Source: Lentisphaerota bacterium (GTDB lineage: Bacteria; Verrucomicrobiota; Lentisphaeria; Victivallales; Victivallaceae). From it: 64,000 nt of DNA. Positions within the stretch are counted from its first letter, which is position 1. Each line of letters begins with the position of its first letter. The stretch lies in assembly GCA_024225035.1 (NCBI GenBank), contig JAAEMX010000211.1, positions 22,658 to 86,657 on the forward strand. Direction: 5' to 3'. The notes under the pieces were generated by a model. It was not told where the DNA came from. It made no database searches and saw only the letters and a program-made list of their open reading frames with translations. The position numbers were made by a program, and so were the translations under genes. Shown one piece after another: positions 18,901 to 27,612 of this stretch.

Positions 18901-19068
18901 CAATCCCTGAGCCTCCGCAAAGACTGGTACCATTATCGGAGAAACATCCGGGAAAGCATCAACCGGCATTGTCTTATAGCAATATACTCCAGCGCCCAAT
19001 ACAGCAACAAGGAATATTATTGACAGCATTCGAAACTTCAATGCCATTTTTATTAATCTATCTATCAT
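15970..19068 (-). CDS. czcA: heavy-metal efflux RND transporter, CusA/CzcA family
   Basis: 1032 aa with 12-TM RND architecture and an N-terminus typical of the HME-RND family. Confidence 0.9.
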   Translation of the reverse strand: MIDRLIKMALKFRMLSIIFLVAVLGAGVYCYKTMPVDAFPDVSPIMVPVFAEAQGLAPEEVERLIAYPIESAMNGLPDVTLIKSTSAFGMAVIYVYFKDSVDMYFARQLVAERLNAAAAQLPPGLEKPALGPISSGLGQVFMYYLKADGKVNTEGKDVNTYLRELNDFVVKYQLQTVPGVTAVLSMGGHVLQYRINADPNKMRKYDITIDDVIEAVNENNRNVGGQYLVLGSEEYLVRGIGLLKNLAGLRKVPVKEFSGTPITVGDIATVEYGNAIRRGVVTRNGEEEIVSGIVMKLYGENTSKVISDLYKKVAQIQKTLPAGVKLVPYYEQSHLVQKATDTVKNALLQGGILVLIVLALFLGNLRSALIVAMSMPFCAGLALVGMKLMGISSNLMSLGGIAVALGMLVDGSIVVTENIMRYLSDPENKDKSVLRLIGVAAHEVGRPIAFALLIITAVFLPLFTLHGVEGKLFKPMAFSICLALLGSIAAATVIAPVLCSFMLKKGIKTRFQLMRNFDSKHYKPMLEIAIKLRWFMYIAVLIAVTLSVIALGRIGKEFMPVLEEGSILVGVTMAPSISLDEAKATVQKLEKIIIKEQPVRETVSRIGRPEAGSHPHPVNFAEVHIELKPYKQWQGFKNKNELLQKLRKELSVYPGIQINFSQPIQNSFDELLSGIKAFFAIKLYGEDLTVLREKSEEIRNAIKDIPGIVDLATEQSFGQPQIQIILNRPKAARFGISGASVMQLIETAVGGGDIDFMYKNTRKYAINFRFISDWRSNIEMLKQLPVKTKSGATIMLGQIAKIKVTEGPVQINREKNHRRWIIQGNISGRALSHVIKDIKKKLDSSVKLPSGYFVEFGGQFENQQRAMKKLGIIVPLVILLIFFLLWATFRSGRHALIVMLNVPLALIGGIIGLLLTGQFLSVAASVGFIALFGIAMQDAVVMVTDFNQLREEGKPLLEAVVEGSVIRFRPVVLTTLTTLFGLAPLLLSHGVGAEIQRPLAAIVVVGLASSTLLTLFLLPAVYYTVEKRFDKK

Positions 19069-19084
19069 TATTCACCTCTGCTAC

Positions 19085-20407
19085 TCAATGGCCGTGACCG
19101 GCGTGACTGTCAATTCCGCTGGTAACCATAATGGATTTCAAGACAAAAGCTCCTTTTGAAACATATTTATCTCCCGGCTTTAATCCTGAAACGATTTCAG
19201 TAAAACCTTTTCCAGTGTGTCCTATAGTTACTTGCTGCGGCAGAAACCCATCATCTTCGGGAACAAAAATCACTCTTTCTCCATCAATCATAAGTATTGC
19301 ATTGGAAGGAACAAGTACGGTTTGTCCCGCTGATGGAATTGTAACTTTGGCAGTAGCAAATAACCCAGGTTTTAGTATGCCTTTTTCATTTTTCAACAGC
19401 ACTCTTACCAGAACAGTTCTGGAAAGCGGGTTAGCTGTAGAGGAAATATAGAATATATTACCAGTGAAATCAGGAAAGCCAACACCGAGGTCAACTGTTA
19501 CTTTCAGTCCTTTTTTTATTTTAGGAAGGTCTTTTTGTGCCGCATCAAGATCCAGCCAGACAGTGCTTAAATCGACAACAGTAAAGGTTGATTTTGTATT
19601 GTCAGATGAAAAATTTTCACCGATAGTGAGGTTTTTATTGACAATAGTACCGGAAATTGGTGACTTCAAAGGATAAAGGGTACATATTTTCTCGCTTGCC
19701 GATATATTGCCGGGGGCAGGGCATTGCTGCGCAGTGATTTGTGGATAAAACCCAAGCGCCTTTAATTTATCCTCATAACGGTGACGGTTTACTTTTGCCT
19801 CGGCATATATTTGCCTTGCTTTTATATATTCAATTTCAGAAACAGCTCTTTTCATGACCAGATTTCGCTTCATATCGCAGTCTACTTTTGCCATTAATTC
19901 ATATTCTCTGGCATAGCGATAGTCAGCGTGCAGTTCTCCAAGCTCATGACTTTGAAGAACAGCAAGAGTTTCACCTTTCTTTACTTTATCGCCTACGCTT
20001 TTGTAAATGGCAGTAACAAAACCCGGCATTTGAGGCATGATTTCAGCAATACGGTTATTATTGAATTTAATGACTCCCGGCAACACAACACTGCTGTTAA
20101 TTGACCCTTTTTCTGCAATAGATACTTTGAAGCCTGTAATTTTACGTTGCTCTGACGATAAATGAATAAGCCCTTCCTCCTGGTGTTCGGCCTCCTTGTC
20201 AGTACTCTGCGCAGGCGGGGGCGGGGTAGGATGATTATGATTATGTCCTTTATGAGCTTCGTCATTCTGGTGAGCACTGTGATCAACGTCTTGAGAATGA
20301 TCGTGTTGCAAAGTGCATTGTTGCGATGTTTTTTCTGTGTTTTGCTGTGCACCGAATACTACGGTGGCTGCCGCTGCTATAAACAGCGTCAGGAATGTCC
20401 TTTTCAT
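19085..20407 (-). CDS. czcB: RND efflux periplasmic adaptor (membrane fusion protein), CzcB/CusB-like, with His-rich termini
   Basis: Signal peptide, a His-rich N-terminal stretch (HDHSQDVDHSAHQNDEAHKGHNHNH) and a C-terminal HAGHGH. The barrel-sandwich/beta-barrel membrane-fusion-protein core is present. Immediately upstream of czcA. Confidence 0.85.
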   Translation of the reverse strand: MKRTFLTLFIAAAATVVFGAQQNTEKTSQQCTLQHDHSQDVDHSAHQNDEAHKGHNHNHPTPPPPAQSTDKEAEHQEEGLIHLSSEQRKITGFKVSIAEKGSINSSVVLPGVIKFNNNRIAEIMPQMPGFVTAIYKSVGDKVKKGETLAVLQSHELGELHADYRYAREYELMAKVDCDMKRNLVMKRAVSEIEYIKARQIYAEAKVNRHRYEDKLKALGFYPQITAQQCPAPGNISASEKICTLYPLKSPISGTIVNKNLTIGENFSSDNTKSTFTVVDLSTVWLDLDAAQKDLPKIKKGLKVTVDLGVGFPDFTGNIFYISSTANPLSRTVLVRVLLKNEKGILKPGLFATAKVTIPSAGQTVLVPSNAILMIDGERVIFVPEDDGFLPQQVTIGHTGKGFTEIVSGLKPGDKYVSKGAFVLKSIMVTSGIDSHAGHGH

Positions 20408-20488
20408 TATGAAAACCCTTATTGTGAAATTATATTTTTATAGTTGCAGTAGTTATTTTACTACTTTTATGTGGACACAAAGAGGGTA

Positions 20489-20860
20489 TCAGGTTAGCAT
20501 CACGACCCCTTGCAGATGCATGTCAAGCTGTTGCCGGCTCATAGGGCTGACACAGATCCTGATTCCTGTAAGGAGTGTCGCAGGAGAAATCGTTTTTATT
20601 TGAAGAGGATATTGTCGTGGTATTAAGCGCTTTTTGGCTGCTTTCTTATTAACTCTCGAAAATGATATATTTACTTTGGAAGTTTTTTGACAAGAATGAC
20701 ATTCGTCGTCAGAATCACAAGGAAGGTTGTATAGAGAACTGAATATACAGTTGTTCTCTGTCTCGTCAAGACAAAGCATGGATATTCCGCCTGGAGTCAA
20801 AATAAGTTGCACCAGACAGAAAAAACCTATTAAAATCATATTGTATTTATACCGCTTCAT
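20489..20860 (-). CDS. small secreted Cys-rich hypothetical protein upstream of czcBA
   Basis: N-terminal signal-like hydrophobic segment, then a CDSDDECHSC cluster. No homology recognised by eye and it could be non-coding. Confidence 0.3.
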   Translation of the reverse strand: MKRYKYNMILIGFFCLVQLILTPGGISMLCLDETENNCIFSSLYNLPCDSDDECHSCQKTSKVNISFSRVNKKAAKKRLIPRQYPLQIKTISPATLLTGIRICVSPMSRQQLDMHLQGVVMLT

Positions 20861-21068
20861 ATAGTCCTAATATATCGTGTTTTTTATGTAAATTCAACGG
20901 TGTTTCATGCTCAATTATTGTATCAAATCATAAATTTTTTTAAGGAAAATATCTTTTTTATGTCCGCTAAACATTTTTTCTTTGCATTATTGAATTTTAC
21001 ATATATATGTAACTAACTGACATTTGTTGCTGAACTTGAACATGGATTTATATAGCCGGAGGCGCTAA

Positions 21069-21554
21069 ATGAAAGTTTCTTTTACTAAATACATATCAAA
21101 AGATACCGTCCTTGTCCTTGACGGTAAAACTAAATTTGATGTTCTGGAAACACTGATAAGCAAAGCTGCTGAACTATCCAAGCTTGATCGTGATATGATT
21201 ATGCGTCTAACCTGGCGCCGTGAAAAAATGATGACAACAGGTGTAGGCTTTGGACTTGCTCTTCCTCATATTCGTGTGAATGATATACCGAACCCTATTG
21301 TCCTTGTTGGAATATGCAAAAATCCTGTTGAGGATTATGAAAGCCAGGATGATCAGCCGGTTCGCTTGATTGTTTATATTGTTGCACCGGATCAGAATCA
21401 GGAAGCCTACCTGCAATTACTGGGCAGTGTTTCCAGAAAACTACGCAATACAGCTCTGGTTGAAGAAGTTCTTGAAAATATCACAAGACCTTCTCAGATC
21501 CTGCGTATTTTAAAACGTCGCATCCCAGACGCAACAGGTGAAACTAAAGAATAA
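21069..21554 (+). CDS. PTS EIIA type-2 domain protein (PtsN/EIIA-Ntr-like)
   Basis: 161 aa with a PTS_EIIA_2 fold and the conserved His region (TGVGFGLALPHIRV). GGAGG Shine-Dalgarno upstream. Confidence 0.7.
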   Translation: MKVSFTKYISKDTVLVLDGKTKFDVLETLISKAAELSKLDRDMIMRLTWRREKMMTTGVGFGLALPHIRVNDIPNPIVLVGICKNPVEDYESQDDQPVRLIVYIVAPDQNQEAYLQLLGSVSRKLRNTALVEEVLENITRPSQILRILKRRIPDATGETKE

Positions 21555-21580
21555 TTAATTATTTTTATTTTTGTTATATA

Positions 21581-21612
21581 AAAAAGCTGCCATTTTTAAG
21601 GCAGCTTTTTTA
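21581..21612. terminator. bidirectional rho-independent terminator between the convergent EIIA gene and tyrS
   Basis: Stem agctgcc/ggcagct with a short loop, flanked by an A-run and a T-run. Confidence 0.6.
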
Positions 21613-21634
21613 GTATCTGTTATTCTGATTATCT

Positions 21635-22924
21635 TCAGCCTATAACAACCTTTTTGATATTCTTTTTACCAGCTTTAAGAATAATAAAACCTTCAGAGAA
21701 CGAATCTTTAGTAAGGTTCATATTCATATCTGAAATGCGTTCGTCATTGATGTAAGCTCCTCCGCCTTTAACTAAGCGTCTGGCGTCGCCGTTTGAGCCA
21801 CAGAGTCCAGCAGAAACCAATGCTTTAACAATCCACAGTCCTTCACCTTCAAGTTCAGCGGCAGGCAGCTTAGCTGTCGGCAAGTCTTCAAAACCAGCAT
21901 TTTTGTCAGCTTTAATATTTACAATTTCACTTGACGTAGAAATCTTACATTCAGCATCAGCAAATCCAAATTTGTTGCCAGCAGCAAGAAACGCTTTTTG
22001 TGCCTCTTCCTGACCATGAGCAAGTTTAGTTGCTTCATATGCCAGTATTTCTTTAGCACGATTAATCTCCGGAGCTTGAAGCCTGGACAGTTCATTTATT
22101 TCACTTACCGGAAGATTTGTGAAGAAACATAAGAGCTTTTTCACTTCATTGTCTTCACTATTACGCCAGAACTGGTAGTAATCAAAAACGCTGGTGCGGT
22201 TAGTGTCCAGCCAGACATTGTTTCCGCCTGCGGTTTTTCCAAACTTCTGACCATTACTGTCCAGCAGCAATGGGAAAGTTGTACAATATACTTCTTGTTG
22301 TGACATACGACGTGTCAGTTCAACACCTGAAACCATGTTTCCCCACTGGTCCTGCCCGCCAAACTGCATGCGACAGCCAAGTTCACGGTTCAGAACATAA
22401 AAGTCATATGCCTGCAGGATGGAGTAGTTAAACTCAAGGAAAGAAAGCCCGGCTTCCAGGCGGCCTTTTACTGACTCCTGAGATAACATGCGGTTTACAC
22501 TGAAGCGTGAACCAACATCACGTAGAAAGTCAATGTAAAGCATATCTTTGAACCAGTCGATATTGTTCACAAAGTGAGCTTCACCTTCTTTAACAGAAAT
22601 AAAACGAGCCAGCTGATTTTTAAGAGATTCAGCATTTGCAGCTACTTCATCCTTAGTTAAAATAGGACGAGCTGACTGCTTGCCTGACGGGTCTCCGACC
22701 TGCGCAGTTGCTCCGCCAACCAACACGACAGGAACATGTCCGGCTTGCTGTAGTAAACGCATTGCCATAATAGGCAGTAAGTGTCCAACATGCAGACTGC
22801 TGCCAGTAGGGTCAAAACCGACGTAGAATGTAACTTTGTCGTTTTCAAGAAGTTTCTTTGTTTTTTCTGCATCGGTTTCCTGGTAGATGAAACTACGATC
22901 ATGCAGCTCCTGGTAAATACTCAT
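21635..22924 (-). CDS. tyrS: tyrosine--tRNA ligase
   Basis: HIGH-type motif (GSSLHVGHLLP), KMSKS-type motif (KFGKT) and a C-terminal S4-like domain. Confidence 0.92.
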   Translation of the reverse strand: MSIYQELHDRSFIYQETDAEKTKKLLENDKVTFYVGFDPTGSSLHVGHLLPIMAMRLLQQAGHVPVVLVGGATAQVGDPSGKQSARPILTKDEVAANAESLKNQLARFISVKEGEAHFVNNIDWFKDMLYIDFLRDVGSRFSVNRMLSQESVKGRLEAGLSFLEFNYSILQAYDFYVLNRELGCRMQFGGQDQWGNMVSGVELTRRMSQQEVYCTTFPLLLDSNGQKFGKTAGGNNVWLDTNRTSVFDYYQFWRNSEDNEVKKLLCFFTNLPVSEINELSRLQAPEINRAKEILAYEATKLAHGQEEAQKAFLAAGNKFGFADAECKISTSSEIVNIKADKNAGFEDLPTAKLPAAELEGEGLWIVKALVSAGLCGSNGDARRLVKGGGAYINDERISDMNMNLTKDSFSEGFIILKAGKKNIKKVVIG

Positions 22925-22961
22925 TTTATTTCCCTGTATTTAAAAAGTGATTTATAATGCT

Positions 22962-22994
22962 AAAAAAAAGGCACTTCCTTTAATGGAAAGTGCC
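22962..22994 (-). promoter_or_regulatory. stem-loop plus U-run in the tyrS 5' leader (possible attenuator/terminator)
   Basis: On the minus strand the transcript reads ggcacuuuccauuaaaggaagugcc followed by U8, about 40 nt upstream of the tyrS ATG. No T-box consensus was found. Confidence 0.3.
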
Positions 22995-23418
22995 TGAAAA
23001 TCTATTATATATCCAATAATTTAAGCAGACACCGTCATTCCGCAATAATAATAAAGCAGATAATAAGCGCGTCTGTAGTAATTACTGAATAATTTCATTA
23101 TATACCGTTTATTTATTTAATACTGTCCTGTAAGCAGTAAAATGCTTTTGTACATAAACAGATAGAATATTAGTCCGTTAATGTTATAAAATCAAATCAA
23201 ATACAGAAAAAATTTATTTAAACAGAAACTTTGCTGTTGTAGGTGCTAATATTTTCCGAGAAGGGCTTATAACCGATGCAAGCTGTTTTGTGTTTTTTGC
23301 TGCTTTTTCATTTATTTTCTTGCCAGGTGTCTATTTATGGAACAATTGAACGTGACGTGTTGTCCTAATTTTTATTAGCTAGCTTATTGTATTACAAAAC
23401 AAGAGATCTGCGCATGAA

Positions 23419-24288
23419 ATGCCCTTGAACATACCTCATATCATAAGTTATCCTATCTGCGGGAAAACAGCTCCCAGTAAAGTGTGCCGAAAGTGCGGAA
23501 CTATAGTATGTAAGGATTGTTGTTCTTCTAAAAGGCCTTTCATTCCAGTTCTTGACCACACTCCTTTTGGTAAATTATACAACCCGCACAAGGACTTAGT
23601 TAATTTATGTAAAATATGTGTTCATTCACCTTACGTCTATTACATAAAAGATAAATTTAAAATGAGCTTCCCGAGCACTAAACGTATAGCTCATTTGGCC
23701 AAAAGAACTGTAGTGATGGCAAACTCAAGTTCCCCTGTATCCGTCTCAAGAATGGATCAGTATGGTGACTTTTATGAGGAGCAACTATATCCAAGTCATG
23801 ATGACAAAGAGCGTCACATGGATAATGTCGCTGATGTAATGCGTAATCCAAGAAAGTTCATAGATAAATATCCCGCTGCCAGAACTTCTTTTGATATTCT
23901 AGAGAATATAGTGTTACACTGTCTAAAATATTCGACTGCTAACTGTGCTGAAATGTCAATGTTCTGCTATCTTCTTTTTCATTATGCAATTTGTCGTGGT
24001 GAAGTAAATTTCAGCGAAGCAGAGATGTTTTTTACAGAAGGAAGAAGCCATGTCTTTTTAGTTATTACACCTCAGGGAGACAATCCTCTTCCAAGAGGGT
24101 CTTTTAGCGCTTCCGATCACTGCGTCAAATCTTCCAAATCAATTGTATGTGACCCTTGGATGAAGTCTGTTTTTTTAAAAAAAATTATTCAAAATACATT
24201 GGAAATGAAACTCTGCATTTTGATGATAATTCAGATATTAGATATTCCAGACTCAATACATACCACCGTACTAAAAATGACTCCATAA
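23419..24288 (+). CDS. hypothetical protein with N-terminal Zn-ribbon/B-box-like Cys cluster and possible papain-like Cys-His-Asp module
   Basis: Lies in a strongly AT-rich, ORF-poor region. N-terminus CGKTAPSKVCRKCGTIVCKDCC; C-terminal half has NCAEMSMF ... GRSHVFLVI ... VCDPW. Confidence 0.4.
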   Translation: MPLNIPHIISYPICGKTAPSKVCRKCGTIVCKDCCSSKRPFIPVLDHTPFGKLYNPHKDLVNLCKICVHSPYVYYIKDKFKMSFPSTKRIAHLAKRTVVMANSSSPVSVSRMDQYGDFYEEQLYPSHDDKERHMDNVADVMRNPRKFIDKYPAARTSFDILENIVLHCLKYSTANCAEMSMFCYLLFHYAICRGEVNFSEAEMFFTEGRSHVFLVITPQGDNPLPRGSFSASDHCVKSSKSIVCDPWMKSVFLKKIIQNTLEMKLCILMIIQILDIPDSIHTTVLKMTP

Positions 24289-24467
24289 ATCTTTATTTAA
24301 ACATCTAATATATCTTTGTTGTTTTTTGGACTATTCTCCAGTTCCCGACATTTACCCCCCCATTGGCAGAACTGAAACTTTACGGTTAAAACAATTGTTA
24401 ATTTTTATTGAACATTGCAATTTGAACAGATACTATATTAGTAAACCAAACAACCGAGGAGTCCAAA

Positions 24468-24806
24468 ATGAATATCGTCAATGTCAGAGAAACAGATGTA
24501 GTGATTAACCCCCATGGTATCAATGCTAAAAAATTATATGATACTGAAAATGCTCAGGTCATGCATATTGCTTTACAGTCTGGTGAGTCATTGGTCAGGC
24601 ACATAACTCCTTCTGATGTGTTTTTCTATGTATTGGAAGGTACTGGAATTGTTGAGATTGGTGATGAAAAACAGAAGGTTGGCCCAGATACGCTAATTGA
24701 CAGCCCTAAGGATATACCCCATTGTTGGTATAATGACAGCGATGGTGTTTTGCGTATTCTTGTAGCAAAAGTACCAAGGCCTACAGCTCCGACAAAATTT
24801 GTTTAA
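24468..24806 (+). CDS. cupin domain protein
   Basis: 112 aa with cupin-2 fold motifs (HIALQSGESLVRH, VFFYVLEGTG). Confidence 0.7.
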   Translation: MNIVNVRETDVVINPHGINAKKLYDTENAQVMHIALQSGESLVRHITPSDVFFYVLEGTGIVEIGDEKQKVGPDTLIDSPKDIPHCWYNDSDGVLRILVAKVPRPTAPTKFV

Positions 24807-24818
24807 TCAACAAATTTC

Positions 24819-26666
24819 TCAACTGGAAAGTTCGAGGAGTTGCATCATAAGCTGATTTTTCTCCTCGGGTAATGCGACACGCATTTTTTCAATTATCTCT
24901 TTTTTACGCTGTTCGACTCGTTGCTTTTGAATAACCTCAATACATTGTTCAAAAGCTTTTTGAGCCTGTGATTGCTTATATTGGGGCTCTGAGGAAAGAA
25001 TTTTGCTCAGAGATGGTGAAGGATTATCACGCTCCAGGTCGGTAAGATGGGTTACTGCATGATCCCATTCGCCATTGAGAACACAATTGATCAACTCATT
25101 TAATGCCTTGCCGATAACTGTGCTGCTAAGCATATCATGATCCAGGTTAGCATGCGCTATTCTGCTGGCAATGTCTTGAAACGCAAGGCCAAGTTCCAAA
25201 AGAGTTTCTTCTGCATGGCGTATTGCCGGAGGTAAATCAATAATCGGTTCTTGTTGGGCAGGTGTCGGCTGCTGTTCCATCGCCGGCGAGGCATTAAATT
25301 GCTGCTGGTTACTCTGTCGTTGTTGAAATTTAAATTTATTGTCTTTATTTAGCTTACTTAGCTCACCAAATATAGTTTCTGGTCTTACTCCAAGGCGAGT
25401 GCTAAGTGTTTGAACATAACTTTCTCTGACAACAGGTTTAGATATTTTGCGCAGGTAATTTATCATTTCTGAAATAACCCGTCCTTTACCATGCGGGGAC
25501 GTTACATCGTATTTAGGGAAAATAGCTTCACATAGAAAATCAAACATATCAAGCGCTGAATCAACTATCGAAGCAATTCCCTCCGCACCTTCAGCCGCAA
25601 AGACATCATCAGGATCACTGCCTTGCGGGAAGCGCATGATTTTAATTTCAAAATCCAATGGCATAAGAATATCAAGTGCCCGCACTGTAGCTTTTACTCC
25701 TGCAGTATCGCTGTCGAATGAAAGATATATTTTGTCTGTGTATCGTTTAAGGATTCTTGCCTGCTCATCAGTGAAAGCTGTCCCTTGTGGAGCAACAGAG
25801 CACTCAAACCCGGCTCGATGCATAGCTATAACATCCAATTGTCCTTCGCAAAGAATAGCCATATTTCTTTCCTGTATTGCCTTGCGGGCCAGGGGAAGGG
25901 CATAAAGAACATTACTCTTTTTGAATACTGGAGTTTCAGGACTGTTTACATACTTTGCGCCTTGTGGGTTTTGCTCTATAGTTCTGGCACTGAAACCGAC
26001 AACGCGTCCTTGCTCATTCCAGATTGGGAAAATAAGGCGGTTACGAAAACGGTCATAGATTTTTCTGGAGTTTTCATTGACAAGAATAATGCCTGATTCC
26101 AGCATCTCGTCTTGTGAATACCCTAACTGTCTTCCATGGTTCATCGAGGCGTCCCATGAATCAGGTGCTGCTCCAAGTTGAAATTTTTCGGCAATATCAG
26201 GAGGAATGCCACGATTCTCTAAATATTGACATACAGGCCATTCAGGATTACTGCGTAAAAATCCACTGTACCAATTAGCAAATTCATCGTTAATTCTGTA
26301 TAATCGTTCGCGACGGCCTGCACGCTGTTGTGCCTGTTGGCGCTCCTGCGGAGAGTTGTAAGTTCGCTCTGGAATTATGACATTGCATTTTGAAGCTAGA
26401 ATATGTGCAGCATTGGGAAAATCGACTTTTTCCCATTCCATAACAAAGCTGAATATATCACCGCCGCGACCACAGCCGAAGCAATGATAGCGTCCCCGCT
26501 GTTCGTTAACAGTAAACGAGGGGGTCTTTTCCTGATGAAAAGGGCATAGTCCCTTCCAGGAACCGCTGCCTGATTTTTTCAGCGGAATATAGCTGCGGAC
26601 AAGGTCAAGGATGTTGCAGCGTGAACGCAGTTCTTCAATTATTTCATCAGGGATGGCTCGATTCAT
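24819..26666 (-). CDS. dnaG: DNA primase
   Basis: CHC2 zinc finger (CPFHQEKTPSF..HCFGCGRGGD), a TOPRIM domain (ILCEGQLDVI) and a C-terminal helicase-interaction region. Confidence 0.92.
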   Translation of the reverse strand: MNRAIPDEIIEELRSRCNILDLVRSYIPLKKSGSGSWKGLCPFHQEKTPSFTVNEQRGRYHCFGCGRGGDIFSFVMEWEKVDFPNAAHILASKCNVIIPERTYNSPQERQQAQQRAGRRERLYRINDEFANWYSGFLRSNPEWPVCQYLENRGIPPDIAEKFQLGAAPDSWDASMNHGRQLGYSQDEMLESGIILVNENSRKIYDRFRNRLIFPIWNEQGRVVGFSARTIEQNPQGAKYVNSPETPVFKKSNVLYALPLARKAIQERNMAILCEGQLDVIAMHRAGFECSVAPQGTAFTDEQARILKRYTDKIYLSFDSDTAGVKATVRALDILMPLDFEIKIMRFPQGSDPDDVFAAEGAEGIASIVDSALDMFDFLCEAIFPKYDVTSPHGKGRVISEMINYLRKISKPVVRESYVQTLSTRLGVRPETIFGELSKLNKDNKFKFQQRQSNQQQFNASPAMEQQPTPAQQEPIIDLPPAIRHAEETLLELGLAFQDIASRIAHANLDHDMLSSTVIGKALNELINCVLNGEWDHAVTHLTDLERDNPSPSLSKILSSEPQYKQSQAQKAFEQCIEVIQKQRVEQRKKEIIEKMRVALPEEKNQLMMQLLELSS

Positions 26667-26709
26667 AATGCATCCGACAGTATGGTATTAATGTTTTGCG
26701 GAACGAAAA

Positions 26710-27492
26710 TTAACGTGGTGATATTTTTTCTATCCGCTTTTTAACGAATTCACGTTTCTTTTGCAGCTCAGGGTTACTTGCAGTAATATTCAGATACTGT
26801 TTATAAAAATCCACTGTGCTGTGCGACATACCAATATAAAAGTCTTTAAAAACAGCAAAATTCAAAAGAATATTGGGGTTGTCAGGAGCCATTCTATAAG
26901 CTTTTACCAAGCAAAGAGCCGCTTTCCTGTTTTCTTTCTGTTTGACATAGAAAACTCCCATCTGGTTCCAAAGCTCAGGGCGCTTATTAAAACGTGGAAA
27001 TTTAGCCAGCATTTCATAATACTTGATTGCATTGCTGATGTTCAAGCTGCTTGAACATTTAGCAAGAAGCACAAGAGTATTTTGGTCGTTGGGTTTTATC
27101 TTTAACGCTCGTAATAATGGGGCTACTGCATCCTGCATCTTTTTGGGTTCTTTGGCATATAAACGTCCAAGAGTATATTGTGCCGTAAAGTTGCCAGGTG
27201 CCTGGTTAACCGCACTTCTAGCGGCCTTGGTTGCCAATGTTAACTTATTACTGTGTTCACAGGCTATAGCTTTTAACAGCAGCGCGTTAATGTTTGCCGG
27301 TTCACGGGCAATCACAGCTTCCGAATATTTTAAAGCTTTGTCCCATTTGCCGTTTGCCGCAAAGTTCGCCGCATTATTTATCAAATAAGGAGTTGACTTT
27401 TCTGATAATTTTTCGCAACCGCATAGAACAGTAAGAGTTAACAACGCAGTAAAAATGAGGATTCCATGCTTTGTATTATTATTCATGCTCAC
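26710..27492 (-). CDS. TPR-repeat lipoprotein
   Basis: Signal peptide with a lipobox (LTVLCGC) followed by several TPR-like helical repeats. Confidence 0.65.
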   Translation of the reverse strand: MSMNNNTKHGILIFTALLTLTVLCGCEKLSEKSTPYLINNAANFAANGKWDKALKYSEAVIAREPANINALLLKAIACEHSNKLTLATKAARSAVNQAPGNFTAQYTLGRLYAKEPKKMQDAVAPLLRALKIKPNDQNTLVLLAKCSSSLNISNAIKYYEMLAKFPRFNKRPELWNQMGVFYVKQKENRKAALCLVKAYRMAPDNPNILLNFAVFKDFYIGMSHSTVDFYKQYLNITASNPELQKKREFVKKRIEKISPR

Positions 27493-27612
27493 TCTCTAGT
27501 AGTAATCGTTTTTTGAAATATCTATAAATCCGTCGTATATCAATTAATCAATTTACCGTACTATAAGGATCACGATTTTCAACCCCGAAATGACGTTAAA
27601 TATTAAAACAAA

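Noticed and set aside
22925-23418. Looked for a T-box riboswitch upstream of tyrS
   Set aside because: No AGGGUGGNACCGCG-like T-box sequence or specifier-loop arrangement. Only a simple hairpin plus U-run, reported separately.
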